From an uncultured Spirochaetota bacterium (lineage in GTDB: Bacteria; Spirochaetota; Spirochaetia; SZUA-6; Fen-1364), in assembly GCA_963781885.1 (NCBI GenBank), contig CAWAHW010000002.1, positions 147,119-211,118 on the forward strand: a DNA stretch of 64,000 nt, in the 5' to 3' direction. Below, piece after piece: positions 27,672 to 38,763 of this stretch. The position numbers and the translations under genes were made by a program. The notes under the pieces were generated by a model that had not been told where the DNA came from, did not search any database, and saw nothing but the letters and a program-made list of their open reading frames with translations. The first letter of the stretch is position 1, and each line of letters begins with the position of its first letter.

Positions 27672-28696
27672 ACGTGGAGACGAAGCGGGCGCGGAAAATG
27701 ACGATCGGCGGCAGGATAAGCAACGAGTCGTTCATCACCCTGTTCATGATCGGCGTGCTCGTTGTCCTGTTCGGGGTTGCCTGCGCGGTTGTGCCGAGAT
27801 TCTACCTGCCTCAGAACATGATCAATCTCCTCACGAACAACTGGTACATCATCATCCTGGGCATTGGCGTCACGTTCCTCCTGATCACCGGCAACTTCGA
27901 CATGTCCGTGGGCGGCGTCATTGCCATGACGGGAGTCCTCTCCGTCTGGTTCTGCCAGGACGCCACCGTGCAGCAGAACTCGCTCGCCGTCGGCCTGGGG
28001 CTCCCCTATGGGGTCGCGGTCGCGCTCGCTCTGCTCTGTGCCATGGGCATCGGCGCCATCAACGCATTTTTCATCGCACGGCTGAAAGTGCCCTCCATCA
28101 TCATCACGCTGGGCACGATGATGATCGCGCGCGGCGTTGCCCAGATCGCCGCGCAAGGGGCGCAGCGGAACACCAGCCTGCCCGATGTGTTCGGCGTGCT
28201 TGGCAACCTGACCATCCGGGGCACCTCCATCAAGCTCGCCGTGCTCATCATGGCGGCCCTCATCGTTGCCGCGTTCGTCTTTGAAAAAAAGACGGTTGCC
28301 GGCCGGAGGACCTACCTCATCGGCGCCAACTCCACGGCGGCGCGGCTCTCGGGCGTCAACGTGAGACGGCACCTCACCTCCCTGTTCATCATCAGCTCCC
28401 TCCTGGCGGGAATCACGGGGATACTGCTTTCATCCGAGTTCAAGGCGGGGGGGTCCAGCCGCGCGACGGGATACGAGTTCGACGCGCTGGTGATCTCCCT
28501 GCTGGGGGGGGTCAGCATCGCGGGCGGGTTCGGCTCGGTGCTGGGGATGTTCGTCGGGGCGATTATTCTCTCCGTCGTGACCTCGGCGGCCACGGGTCTC
28601 CTTCTGTCGCCGGACTGGCAATTCACCATCAAGGGCGTCGTGACCTTCATCGCGATCCTTGCGCAGCGGTTTGCCCTGGACAAGAGGAAGGGTTGA
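27668..28696 (+). CDS. ABC transporter permease (RbsC-like)
   Basis: 342 aa, multi-TM. ATGA overlap with the ATPase. Confidence 0.85.
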   Translation: MNVETKRARKMTIGGRISNESFITLFMIGVLVVLFGVACAVVPRFYLPQNMINLLTNNWYIIILGIGVTFLLITGNFDMSVGGVIAMTGVLSVWFCQDATVQQNSLAVGLGLPYGVAVALALLCAMGIGAINAFFIARLKVPSIIITLGTMMIARGVAQIAAQGAQRNTSLPDVFGVLGNLTIRGTSIKLAVLIMAALIVAAFVFEKKTVAGRRTYLIGANSTAARLSGVNVRRHLTSLFIISSLLAGITGILLSSEFKAGGSSRATGYEFDALVISLLGGVSIAGGFGSVLGMFVGAIILSVVTSAATGLLLSPDWQFTIKGVVTFIAILAQRFALDKRKG

Positions 28697-28733
28697 AAAC
28701 TCCACGGGGTACCGTAGAAGGGAGCATGGTGAC

Positions 28734-29771
28734 GTGAACAGCGCAAAGGAAGACACACTGCGCACGCAGCTGGAACGATCGAACGCCGTGAGATCGAACA
28801 TCAAGAAGCTCTATATCTACGTCGTGCTGGTCCTGATCGTGGCCATCTTCAGCGTGGTGAAGCTCGGCCAGGTGGAGTTCTTCGGCCGGGGGCATTTTCT
28901 CAGCCCGGACAGCATCATCAACCTCCTGCGCAGCGCCGTGCCCATATTGACACTGAGCGGCGCGTTCACGCTCCTGATGATCTCGGGCTATATCGACCTT
29001 TCCGTCGGCAGCGCAATGAGCCTCAGCGCCGTCGTGTTTTCCTGGCTGATCCTGAACGGCGCGAGCTTCCTGCCCGCGATGATCATCACCCTGGTCATGG
29101 GCATCGGCCTGGGCTTCCTCAACGGCCTGCTGGTCATGAAGCTGCGCATCACGCCGGTGATCGCGACCCTTGTCACGCTGAACCTGTTCAAGGGCATCGC
29201 GCTCCTGATCGTGCCGGACGGCATTTCAGCCATCAAGGGGAGCGCGACAAAGGCCATGCCCGCCTGGATCAACGACTACGCACGCATGGATGTTTTGCTG
29301 GGCCTGCCCTGGGCATTCTACATCGCCATCGTCGTGATCGTCGCATTGGTCATCGTGCAGCGGAAGACCATCCTCGGCAAGTACGCCGCCGCGATCGGCG
29401 GGAACCGCACGTCCGCGGAGCTGTCGGGCATCAACGCCGTCAGGATGGTATGGCTCCTGTACATCATCGTCGGCTTCTTCGCCGCCCTTGCCGGAATGGC
29501 GCGCGCCAGCTACATGTCCCTGGGCGACCCGCTGTCCGGTGACGGCATGGAGCTGGACTGCATCATCGCGGTGCTGCTGGGCGGCACGGCCTTTTCGGGG
29601 GGCGAGGGATCCGTCGCCAAGACAATCATTGGCGCGCTCATCATCATGTGCCTGACGACCGGCCTCATGACGGTCATCCCGGCCTTCTGGCAGACGATGG
29701 CAAAGGGCAGCGTGCTCATTGCCGCCGTCGTGCTCAACGCCCTCCTCGTGAGGGAGAAGGTCAAAGCCTGA
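28734..29771 (+). CDS. ABC transporter permease (RbsC-like), second TMD
   Basis: A GTG start at 28734 is inferred, with RBS gaagggag. Confidence 0.8.
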   Translation: MNSAKEDTLRTQLERSNAVRSNIKKLYIYVVLVLIVAIFSVVKLGQVEFFGRGHFLSPDSIINLLRSAVPILTLSGAFTLLMISGYIDLSVGSAMSLSAVVFSWLILNGASFLPAMIITLVMGIGLGFLNGLLVMKLRITPVIATLVTLNLFKGIALLIVPDGISAIKGSATKAMPAWINDYARMDVLLGLPWAFYIAIVVIVALVIVQRKTILGKYAAAIGGNRTSAELSGINAVRMVWLLYIIVGFFAALAGMARASYMSLGDPLSGDGMELDCIIAVLLGGTAFSGGEGSVAKTIIGALIIMCLTTGLMTVIPAFWQTMAKGSVLIAAVVLNALLVREKVKA

Positions 29772-29820
29772 CGCGGGGCGGATCCCTCATTGAATGGATG
29801 AGGCGGCGGGAAGAATGGGA

Positions 29821-31332
29821 ATGACGGCGGCAAGGTATCTCATGGGCATCGACAACGGCGGCACGGTGACAAAGGCCGGGATCTACGACCCGACAGGGAC
29901 CGAGATCGCCGTCTCCGCGGTGAAGACCGAGATGCGCTTTCCGATGCCCGGCCACGCTGAGAAGGACATGGACGCCTTGTGGGCGGCAAATGTGCGCGTG
30001 ATCGGGGAGGCCATTCGCCGCGCGGGTATCGATGCGTCCCTGATCGCCGCCGTTGCCGTCACCGGACACGGCAATGGCATGTACCTTGTCGCGGCCGATG
30101 GAAAACCGGCCTGGAACGGCATCAACTCCGCAGACAGCCGCGCCGCATCCTTCGTCGAGAAATGGTACGCGGACGGCACCTTTGAACGCATTCTTCCCCT
30201 GACGTGCCAGGCCATCTGGCCCGCACAACCCGCGGCGCTCCTTGCATGGTTCAAGGTGCATGAGCCGGAGGCGTATGCACGCGCGCGCTGGGTCTTCCAG
30301 TGCAAGGACTACATCCGCTATCGGCTCACGGGAGAGCCCTGCGCGGAGCTCACGGATTCGTCGGGCACCAGCCTCATGAATGTCCATACGCTCCGCTACG
30401 ACCCGCGGGTGCTTGAGCTTTTCGGCATCTCCGATGCAATGGACAAGCTGCCTCCGGTGCGGCTGTCCTCCGACATCTGCGGCCGGGTGAGTCGCGACGC
30501 GGCGGTCGTCACCGGCCTTCGCGAAGGCACTCCCGTTGCCGGCGGGCTCTTCGACATCGACGCGTGCGCCCTGGCAACCGGAATCACGGATTCAGAGAAG
30601 CTGTGCCTCATCGCCGGATCGTGGAGTATCAACGAATACATCAGCCCCATGCCAGTGGCATCGCCGGACCTTTTCATGACCTCCGCGTACTGCATCCCCG
30701 GTTACTGGCTGGAGAGCGAGGCGAGCGCCACCTCGGCGAGCAACCTCGAATGGTTCGTGACCGAGCTTATGGGCGGAGAGCGTGAGAAGGCCGAGGCGGC
30801 CGGGCGCTCCGTCTTCGCGCTGTGCAACGAAATGGTCGAATCGATCGCTCCGACCGTGGCCGACGTTCTCTTCCTGCCGTTCCTCTACGGAAGCAACGCG
30901 GGGGCGCATGCATCGGGCTGCTTCATCGGGCTCCACGGCTGGCACACCCGGGCGCACATGCTGCGCGCGGTCTACGAGGGGGTCGTCTTCTCGCACCGCA
31001 CCCACGTCGAGCGCCTTCTGAAATTCCGTGATCGGCCGGGCGCGGCCCGGATCGCCGGCGGAGCCGCGAAGTCCGACGTCTGGGTGCAGATGTTCGCCGA
31101 CGTGCTGCAGCTTCCCATCGAGATCACTGGCTCGGAAGAGCTGGGCGCCATGGGCGCGGCGATCTGCGCCGGGGTCGCCGTCGGCATGTTCGAAAGCTTC
31201 GGGGACGCCGTGGCGCGCATGGTGCACGTGGCGCGGACGGTGGAACCGGATCCCGGTCGCAAATCGGTCTATGACGGGAAATACGCCCGGTACCAGGGCT
31301 TTGTGCGAGCGCTGCGCGATGCCTGGAAATAA
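29821..31332 (+). CDS. FGGY-family carbohydrate kinase (L-xylulose/erythrulose-kinase-like)
   Basis: YLMGIDNGGTVTKAGIYD...HAEKDMDALW. The start could equally be 29815. Confidence 0.85.
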   Translation: MTAARYLMGIDNGGTVTKAGIYDPTGTEIAVSAVKTEMRFPMPGHAEKDMDALWAANVRVIGEAIRRAGIDASLIAAVAVTGHGNGMYLVAADGKPAWNGINSADSRAASFVEKWYADGTFERILPLTCQAIWPAQPAALLAWFKVHEPEAYARARWVFQCKDYIRYRLTGEPCAELTDSSGTSLMNVHTLRYDPRVLELFGISDAMDKLPPVRLSSDICGRVSRDAAVVTGLREGTPVAGGLFDIDACALATGITDSEKLCLIAGSWSINEYISPMPVASPDLFMTSAYCIPGYWLESEASATSASNLEWFVTELMGGEREKAEAAGRSVFALCNEMVESIAPTVADVLFLPFLYGSNAGAHASGCFIGLHGWHTRAHMLRAVYEGVVFSHRTHVERLLKFRDRPGAARIAGGAAKSDVWVQMFADVLQLPIEITGSEELGAMGAAICAGVAVGMFESFGDAVARMVHVARTVEPDPGRKSVYDGKYARYQGFVRALRDAWK

Positions 31333-32881
31333 GAGGACGTGCCTCGCGGGTATCGACCTCGGATCGACGAGTCTCAAATGCGTGATCTACGACCTCGCGG
31401 GCAATGTGGTGGCACGCGGGAGCCGTCCCACGGAGCGCCTGCATCCCGACGCCGCGCATCCTGACTGGACCGTGTGGGACCCTGCGCAGATATGGGGTGG
31501 CGCGGCCGCAGCCGCGCGGGAGGCGACAGGGTGTCTCGGCGACGCCGGGAGCATCGCCGCCGTGGCCGTCACGGGCATGGGCATGGACGGTCTGCCGGTG
31601 GATGAGGACGGTGCGTGGCTCTATCCGTTCATCAGCTGGCTGTGCCCTCGGACGGAACCGCAGCACCAATGGTGGCGCGACAACATCGGGGCGGAGCGGA
31701 CCTTCGCCATCGGCGGAAACACGCTGTGGCGTTTCGGCACCGCCCTGCGCCTGCTCTGGATGGCCGCGCACGAACCGGCAATCCTCGCCCGCACACACAA
31801 GTGGCTCCTGATCGAGGATTTCCTGAACTTCATGCTCTGCGGCAGCATGGCCACCGACTACAGCATGGCCTCGTGCACGATGCTCTTCGACCAGCGCGCG
31901 CGCGCGTGGTCGCCGGAGCTCCTCTCCCTGTCTTCGATCGACAGCGGCCTGCTTTGCGATCCCCGCCCCAGCGGCACGGTACTGGGCGAGGTCACCGGGA
32001 GCGCCGCTTCCGCAACCGGCATCCCCGCCGGCACGCCGGTCGTGCTGGGGGGGCATGACTACCTCTGTGGCGCGCTGCCCGTCGGCGCCGTCGCCCCCGG
32101 CATGGCGCTCGACGTGACGGGGACCTGGGAGGTCGTTCACACCGCCATCCCCGCGCCTGTGCTGACGCCCGCGCTCCAGGCCGTGGGTGCGACGGTTGAA
32201 TGCCACGTTGCACGCGACATGTATTCCGCCATGGGGGCCGCCGTATCGTCTGAAATGCTGGAATGGTACCGCCGGGAGTACGGGTCCGAGGCGAGTGCCC
32301 GATCCCGTGAGCGCGGCTGCGCCGACTGGGAGACGCTGATGGAGGAGGCCGCAGGATCGCCACCCGGCAGCAGGGGAGCGCTCTTCCTTCCCCACATGAG
32401 CGGCGCCGGGTGTCCGATCGTCGACACTCACTCGCGCGGCGGCTTCGTGGGTCTGAGCGACCGCACGACCCGGGGCGACATGCTGCGCGCGCTTATCGAG
32501 GGACTGGACTACCAGCTCCTGGACATCATCATCGCCCTGCAGGCGAACCTCGGGGTGGGCGTCTCCCGTCTCGTGGTCGTCGGCGGGGCGGCGCGCAATG
32601 CCTTCTGGATGCAGAACAAGGCCGACGTCATCGGACGGGTCATCGAGGTGTCGGAGATAGAGGACGCGAGCCCTCTGGGCGCCGCGATGCTCGCCGGCAT
32701 CGGCGTGGGAATCTACCGGGATGAGAGAGATGCCTTCCAGCAGGTCCGCAAACCGATGAAAACCTTTGAGCCGGATACGGGCGCCGCGGCGCGCTACGCC
32801 GAGTGGTTCCCGCTCTACAAGGCCGTCTACCCGGCCCTCCGGCAGATCAACCACGCCGTCTCCGAAAGGGAGCCGGCATAA
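31319..32881 (+). CDS. FGGY-family carbohydrate kinase (second paralog)
   Basis: CLAGIDLGSTSLKCVIYD...HPDWTVWDP. 14-nt overlap with the preceding kinase. Confidence 0.85.
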   Translation: MPGNKRTCLAGIDLGSTSLKCVIYDLAGNVVARGSRPTERLHPDAAHPDWTVWDPAQIWGGAAAAAREATGCLGDAGSIAAVAVTGMGMDGLPVDEDGAWLYPFISWLCPRTEPQHQWWRDNIGAERTFAIGGNTLWRFGTALRLLWMAAHEPAILARTHKWLLIEDFLNFMLCGSMATDYSMASCTMLFDQRARAWSPELLSLSSIDSGLLCDPRPSGTVLGEVTGSAASATGIPAGTPVVLGGHDYLCGALPVGAVAPGMALDVTGTWEVVHTAIPAPVLTPALQAVGATVECHVARDMYSAMGAAVSSEMLEWYRREYGSEASARSRERGCADWETLMEEAAGSPPGSRGALFLPHMSGAGCPIVDTHSRGGFVGLSDRTTRGDMLRALIEGLDYQLLDIIIALQANLGVGVSRLVVVGGAARNAFWMQNKADVIGRVIEVSEIEDASPLGAAMLAGIGVGIYRDERDAFQQVRKPMKTFEPDTGAAARYAEWFPLYKAVYPALRQINHAVSEREPA

Positions 32882-32903
32882 ACAACACAGCAAGGAGAGT
32901 CCC

Positions 32904-33545
32904 GTGTACGAAGGAGAGAGACAACAGATCATTGACGTCGGCATCGCGCTCGACCGCTATCGTCTCATCAGCCTCTCGGGAGGAAATGTGAGCATGAGGA
33001 TCGGGCGGCACATCCTCGTCACGCCGTCAGGCATGTCCTACGAGACGCTGGTGCCGGCCGACGTCGTGGTGATGGACGCGACGGGCACGGTGATCGAAGG
33101 GGAGCGGCGTCCGTCGGTGGACACCGTTGCACTGCTGCACATCTTCAACCACATGCCGGGAGTGAATGCGGTCATCCACACGCACCAGCCCTACGCCACC
33201 GCCATCGGGCTGGTCATGGACGAGCTTCCCGCTTTCTGCACGACGCTCGTGAATGCCACGCTCGGCGCCGTGACCGTGGCTCCGTACAGCTCCGCCGCGA
33301 GCCTGGACATGGGGGTGCGCACCGTGGAATACATCGGCGACAAACGCGCCGTCATCCTTCGCAACCACGGTGTGGTCACCCTCGGTCCGTCCCTCAAGGA
33401 TGCTCTCTATGCCGCCGTATACCTGGAAGACGCATCGCGCTCCTACTGCGCCGCGTGCACCATGGGGAAGCCGCGGTCCTTGACGCCCGCCCAGGTCGAC
33501 GAGGCCGTGGAATCATTCCGACACTACGGCCAGGGAAAGAAGTAG
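32904..33545 (+). CDS. class II aldolase/adducin-family protein (fuculose-phosphate-aldolase / ribulose-5-P-4-epimerase / ketose-1-P-isomerase type)
   Basis: SGGNVSMRIG...HTHQPYATA. A GTG start is inferred, with RBS caaggagag. Confidence 0.8.
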   Translation: MYEGERQQIIDVGIALDRYRLISLSGGNVSMRIGRHILVTPSGMSYETLVPADVVVMDATGTVIEGERRPSVDTVALLHIFNHMPGVNAVIHTHQPYATAIGLVMDELPAFCTTLVNATLGAVTVAPYSSAASLDMGVRTVEYIGDKRAVILRNHGVVTLGPSLKDALYAAVYLEDASRSYCAACTMGKPRSLTPAQVDEAVESFRHYGQGKK

Positions 33546-33554
33546 GCGGACGGC

Positions 33555-34433
33555 ATGGCCGGATCCGGCGCGCCGGGCGCCTTCACCGACGCGAGCTTCC
33601 GCTGGGGCATCTACGAAAAGGCGCTGCCCGCGGGCGTGTCGTGGCCTGCCATGCTTTCCGCGGCGGCGGCGGCGGGCTACCGGTTCGTCGAGATCTCCGT
33701 CGATGAAAGCGACGAGCGGCTCGCACGGCTGGAATGGACTCCCGGCCAGCGACGCGACTTCCACAAGGCCCTTGCCGGCGGCCCCGTTTCTGTGGACACG
33801 ATGTGCCTGAGCGGGCATCGCAGGTTCGCCCTGGGAAGCGCATCAAAACCTCAGCGAGAGAGGGCGCTTGAGATCATGCGGCGCGCAATCGATTTTGCCG
33901 CGGAGTTCGGCGTCCGCATCATCCAGGTGGCGGGCTACGACGTGCATTACGAACAGTCCACCGATGAGACCCGGGCCCTCTATGCCGATGCGATTGCGCG
34001 CGCCGCCGAATGGGCGCGTCGATCCTGCGTCATGCTCGCGCTGGAAAACGTGGATTGCCCGGTCGTGGATTCGATCGAGGCGGCCCTTCGGTTCGTGCAG
34101 GCCGCCGATACCCCCTGGTTTCAGGTCTACCCCGACATCGGAAACCTCGCGGCGATGGGCAAGGACGTGGGGCGCGAGCTTCTCCTGGGTAGCCGCCACC
34201 TCGTCGGGCTCCATCTGAAGGACACGCGCCGCGGCGAGTTCCGGAGGGTGCCCTTCGGCGAAGGGATCGTGGACTTCGACGCGGCATTCAGGACCTTGAA
34301 GCTGATCGGTTTTCGCGGGCCCTTGATGGTGGAGATGTGGAACGAAGCGGCGGTCGATCCGGTTGCGGTCGCCGCCCAGGCGCGGCAGTGGTTGGGGGAG
34401 AAGCTGCGAAAGGCTTTCGCGAGAGAGGATTGA
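33555..34433 (+). CDS. sugar-phosphate isomerase/epimerase (xylose-isomerase-like TIM barrel, UlaE/SgbU-like)
   Basis: 292 aa TIM-barrel sequence (ALENVDCPVV...HLVGLHLKDT). Confidence 0.8.
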   Translation: MAGSGAPGAFTDASFRWGIYEKALPAGVSWPAMLSAAAAAGYRFVEISVDESDERLARLEWTPGQRRDFHKALAGGPVSVDTMCLSGHRRFALGSASKPQRERALEIMRRAIDFAAEFGVRIIQVAGYDVHYEQSTDETRALYADAIARAAEWARRSCVMLALENVDCPVVDSIEAALRFVQAADTPWFQVYPDIGNLAAMGKDVGRELLLGSRHLVGLHLKDTRRGEFRRVPFGEGIVDFDAAFRTLKLIGFRGPLMVEMWNEAAVDPVAVAAQARQWLGEKLRKAFARED

Positions 34434-34442
34434 CGCGGCCGT

Positions 34443-37400
34443 TCAGCTCCGCGTTGCCGGCGCCTCTCTTGCGGAAGCGATCAGGAGCTTCAGCCTGTTG
34501 AGCTGATTGACTTCACTGGCGCCGGGGTCATAGTCGATGGCGGCGATGGAGGCCTCGGGATGTCTCCTGCGCAGCTCCCGGATCATGCCCTTGCCCGGTG
34601 ACGTGATTGGGAAGGCACGCGAAGGGCTGGATGCAGGCAATCGCGTTCACCCCGTCGTGAATGAGCTCCACCATCTCGGCCGTCAGGAACCATCCCTCAC
34701 CGGTCACGTTTCCTAGCTGCACGACATCGTCCACGCCCCGCGCGAGCTCGTAGATCGAAACGGGCGGATGGAAACGGTGCGACCGGGCAAGTGAGCGCCT
34801 CTGCTGGCCGCGGAAAAGCTCGAGGCCCCAGATCCCCAGGCGTGACATAATCGCCGCGCGCGCGCTGCCGGCGAGCTTCCGGCGTCGGAACTGTGCGCCC
34901 ATCGCCCCGTAGAGCAGGAAGTCCGCGAGGTCCGGCACCACCGCCTCAGCTCCCTCCGATTCGATGGCCTCCACGATGCGATTGTTCGCCGTCGGGTGGA
35001 ACTTCACGAGGATTTCGCCGACGACCCCGACACGGGTCCGGCGCGCGCCATGGATCGGCAGGCCGTCGAAATCGCGCACCATGGCGCGTATCGTGCGGCG
35101 GTAGGCCCGAAAGCCGTGCCGCTCCAGGGATGACGCGCAGCGCGCGGTCCAGAAATCGGCCAGACGCTGCGCGGAGCCCGTCTCCACCTCATACGGCCGC
35201 ACCCGGTAGAGCATGCGCATGAGCAGGTCGCCATACATGAGGGCCATGAGACCCCGGGTGACGAGCCTCCAGGAAAGCCGGAAGCCCGGGTTCTTCTCCA
35301 GTCCGAGCGCGTTCAGCGAAATGACCGGTACGTGCGCCATGCCCGCGTCGGCGAGCGCCTTGCGGATGAAGGCGATGTAATTCGTCGCCCGACAGCCGCC
35401 GCCGGTCTGTGACATGAGGAGCGCCGTGCGCGACAGGTCATAGCGGCCCGAGCGCAGGGCCGCCATCATCTGCCCCACGACGAGGATGGACGGGAAACAG
35501 GCGTCGTTGTTGACGGAGGAGAGCCCTTCATTCACCGCGCCGCGGTCCACTTCCGGCAGGATTTCCAGGCGGTAGCCGGAGATCCTGAACGCGTGCTCGA
35601 TGATGCGGAAATGAAGGGGCGACATCTGCGGCGCGAGGATCGTGTAATCCTGCCGCATCGCCTTTGTGAACACGGGTCGGGGCCGGGAGCCGCGGCGGCG
35701 CGCGGCCGCGCTCCTGTCCTTTCCCGGGCGTCCAGCGCAGCCTTCAGGGAGCGCAGGCGGATGCGCACGGCGCCGAGATTCGACTGCTCGTCGATCTTGA
35801 TGACCGTGTGTATCCTGCCGCGCTGGTCGAGTATCTCCATCACCTGGTCGGTGGTGACCGCATCCAGGCCGCACCCGAATGAATTGAGCTGCACGAGCGC
35901 CAAGTCATCCTGCTCCGCCACGAAGCTTGCCGCGGCGTACAGCCGGGTATGGTAGACCCACTGGTCCACGACGCGCAGCGGCCGCCGCACCGTGCCGAGG
36001 TGAGCGACGGAATCCTCCGTGAGAACGGGCATGCCCAGGGAGAGGGCGAGCTCCGCGATGCCGTGATTCACCTCGGGGTCCAGGTGGTAGGGGCGACCCG
36101 CGAGCACCAGCCCGCGCAGGCCGCGTCGGCGTATCTCGGCAAGCGCCCGTTCTCCCTGCGCGCGGACCTCCGCCTTGAACCGGGCCTGCTCGGCCTTGCC
36201 GGCCGCCACCGCGCGGGCCGCCTCCTCCCGCGTCACGCCGGCCCATGCGAGCTCTTCCTGCAGCCTCACGGCGAGCCGCTTCGCGTCGTGCAAGGGCAGG
36301 AAGGGATTTGCGTAGCGCGGCCCGGCGTGCTCGGATCCTGGTGCGCCCGGCCGCGGCCGGATACCGTCGATGTTGTTCAGCACCACCTCGGGGTAGGAGG
36401 CGACGATGGGGCAGTTGAAGTGATTGCGCGCCCCCGGATCCTCCTTCGGGTTGTGGGGGATGCAAGGGTAGAAGATGAAGGGCACACCCTGCTGCAGAAG
36501 CCGCGCGATGTGCCCGTGCACGAGCTTGCCGGGGTAACAGACGGACTCTGACGGTATCGTTTCGATGCCCGCCTCGAAGACGGCGCGGTTGGAGCGCGGC
36601 GACAGGTGCACCGAGAAACCCAGCGCGGTGAGGGCGGTGAACCAGAAGGGGTAGTCTTCATACAGGTTCAGCACGCGCGGGATGCCGACGACGCCGCGCG
36701 GCGCCGCGGCCGGATCCAGCGGCGCGTAGTGGAAGAGCCTCTCGTACTTCCAGGCATAGAGGTTGGGAAGGGGCGCGGCCGATGCCGCCGCGGCGGCGTT
36801 GGTCGCCGTATGCCCCGGGGCGCGCGCGGCGCCGCGCTCGCATCGGTTGCCGGAGATGAACGTGCCCTGTCCTCCGCTGCCGTCGGGGAAGCTCGTGATG
36901 GTGAGCAGGCAGTTGTTCGCGCAGCGCCCGCAGCGCGACAGGGTCGTGCGCGTCGTGAAGGACGCCAGGCGATCCAGGTCCAGGAGGCTGCTGCGCTGCC
37001 CGTCGCGTGCGCCGTCCCGCGCGACAAGGGCGGCACCGAGTGCGCCCATGAGACCGGGTATGTCCGGTCGGACCGCCTCCCGGCCCGCGATCAGCTCGAA
37101 GGCGCGCAGCACGGCGTCGTTGGAGAATGTCCCGCCCTGCACGACCACACGGGCGCCCAGCTCCGAAGGGTTTCGCAGCCTGATCACTTTCTGCAGCGCG
37201 TTGCGGATCACCGCGTAGGAAAGACCGGCGGAGATGTCCCCCATGGAGGCGCCCTCTTTCTGCGCCTGCTTCACGCGGGAGTTCATGAAGACGGTGCACC
37301 GCGAGCCGAGGTCCACCGGCGTGCGCGCCTGCAACGCCTCCCGCGCAAAGGCCTCGATGGACAGCCCCAGCCCGTGGGCGAATGTCTCCAGGAAGGATCC

Positions 37401-38763
37401 GCACCCCGACGAGCATGCCTCGTTCAGCAGCACGGACGAGATCGCCCCGTCGCGCACGCGCAGGAACTTCATGTCCTGGCCGCCGATGTCGAGGATGGCG
37501 TCCACGCCGGGCAAGGAAGCGCGCCGCGGCGGTGTAGTGCGCGATGGTTTCCACTTCGCCCGTGTCCATGCCGAGCGCCGCGGTGATCAGCGCCTCGCCG
37601 TACCCGGTGGCGCAGGACCGCGCGATCCACGCCGCTGCCGGCAAAGCCCGGCGCAGCTCCGTCGCCATGCGCACGGCGAGCGCGAGCGGGCTTCCGCCAT
37701 TGGCCGCGTACGACGACCAGGCAAGCGCCCCGGTCGAATCGACGAGCACCGCCTTGGTCGTGGTGGATCCGGCATCGATGCCGAGGAAGCAGGGACCCGT
37801 CACGGCGGCAAGGTCAACCCGGCGCGTGCGCGCCAGGCCGTGCCGCGCGCGGAAGGCGGACAGCGCCGCTTCATCGGCGAACAGGGGCCGCAGGCGCTCC
37901 ACCTCGGGGGAGGATTCGTGGCAGAGCCCGCGCGCGCGTTCGCGCAGCTCGCCCAATGTCACCGTGGCGCCGACGGGAGCCGCCATGGCAGCACCCATGG
38001 CGACGAAGAGATGCGCGTGCGCGGGCACCCGCACCTTTTCCGGGGCAAGCCGGAGCGTCTCGATGAACAGCCGCCGGGTCTCGGGCAGGAAGTGCAGCGG
38101 TCCGCCGAGGAAGGCCACCGTGCCGCGGATGGGCTTGCCGCAGGCCAGCCCCCCGATGGTCTGGTTCACCACCGCCTGGAGGATGCTCGCGGCGATGTCC
38201 TCCCGGCGCGCCCCTTCGTTGATGAGCGGCTGCACGTCGGTCTTTGCGAATACCCCGCAGCGCGCGGCGATGGGGTAGATGGTCGTGTGCCCGGCCGCAA
38301 GCTCGTTGAGACCCGCCGCATCCGTGGAGAGGAGCGACGCCATCTGGTCGATGAACGCGCCCGTGCCGCCGGCGCAGGTCCCGTTCATGCGCTGCTCGAG
38401 GCCGCCCGTGAAGTAGGTGATCTTCGCGTCCTCGCCGCCCAGCTCGATGGCGACGTCCGTGTCCGGGAGGGTCTTCTGCACGGCGCGCGCGCCGGCGATC
38501 ACCTCCTGCACGAAAGGGATCCCCAGCCACCGCGAGACGGTGAGCCCTCCTGAGCCCGTCATCGCAACGCTGAGGAGCTGCCCCCCGCCCGCGGATTCAA
38601 GTGAGTCGCAGGCCGCCTCGATCACGGCGACGAGCGTGCCGCGGACGTCGGCCTTGTGGCGCTGGTAGGTGTGGTAGAGGAGGGCGTCATCCGCGCCGAG
38701 CGCGACGAGCTTCACGGTTGTGGATCCGACGTCGATGCCGACCCGGAGGGCGGGGGGTCTCAC
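34443..38763 (-). pseudogene. CoA-substrate-specific enzyme activase (BadF/BadG/BcrA/BcrD-type double ATPase) fused to a 2-hydroxyglutaryl-CoA-dehydratase-like domain; about 1440 aa reading frame broken by three frameshifts (about 37508, about 35685, about 34598)
   Basis: Two actin-fold ATPase repeats (VGIDVGSTTVKLVAL and LGIDAGSTTTKAVLVD) plus a C-terminal HgdB-like domain. Each junction falls in a G/C run. Confidence 0.8.

Noticed and set aside
31124-32944. 606-aa minus-strand ORF
   Set aside because: It is antisense to the second FGGY kinase and has low-complexity Arg/Pro/Gly composition.
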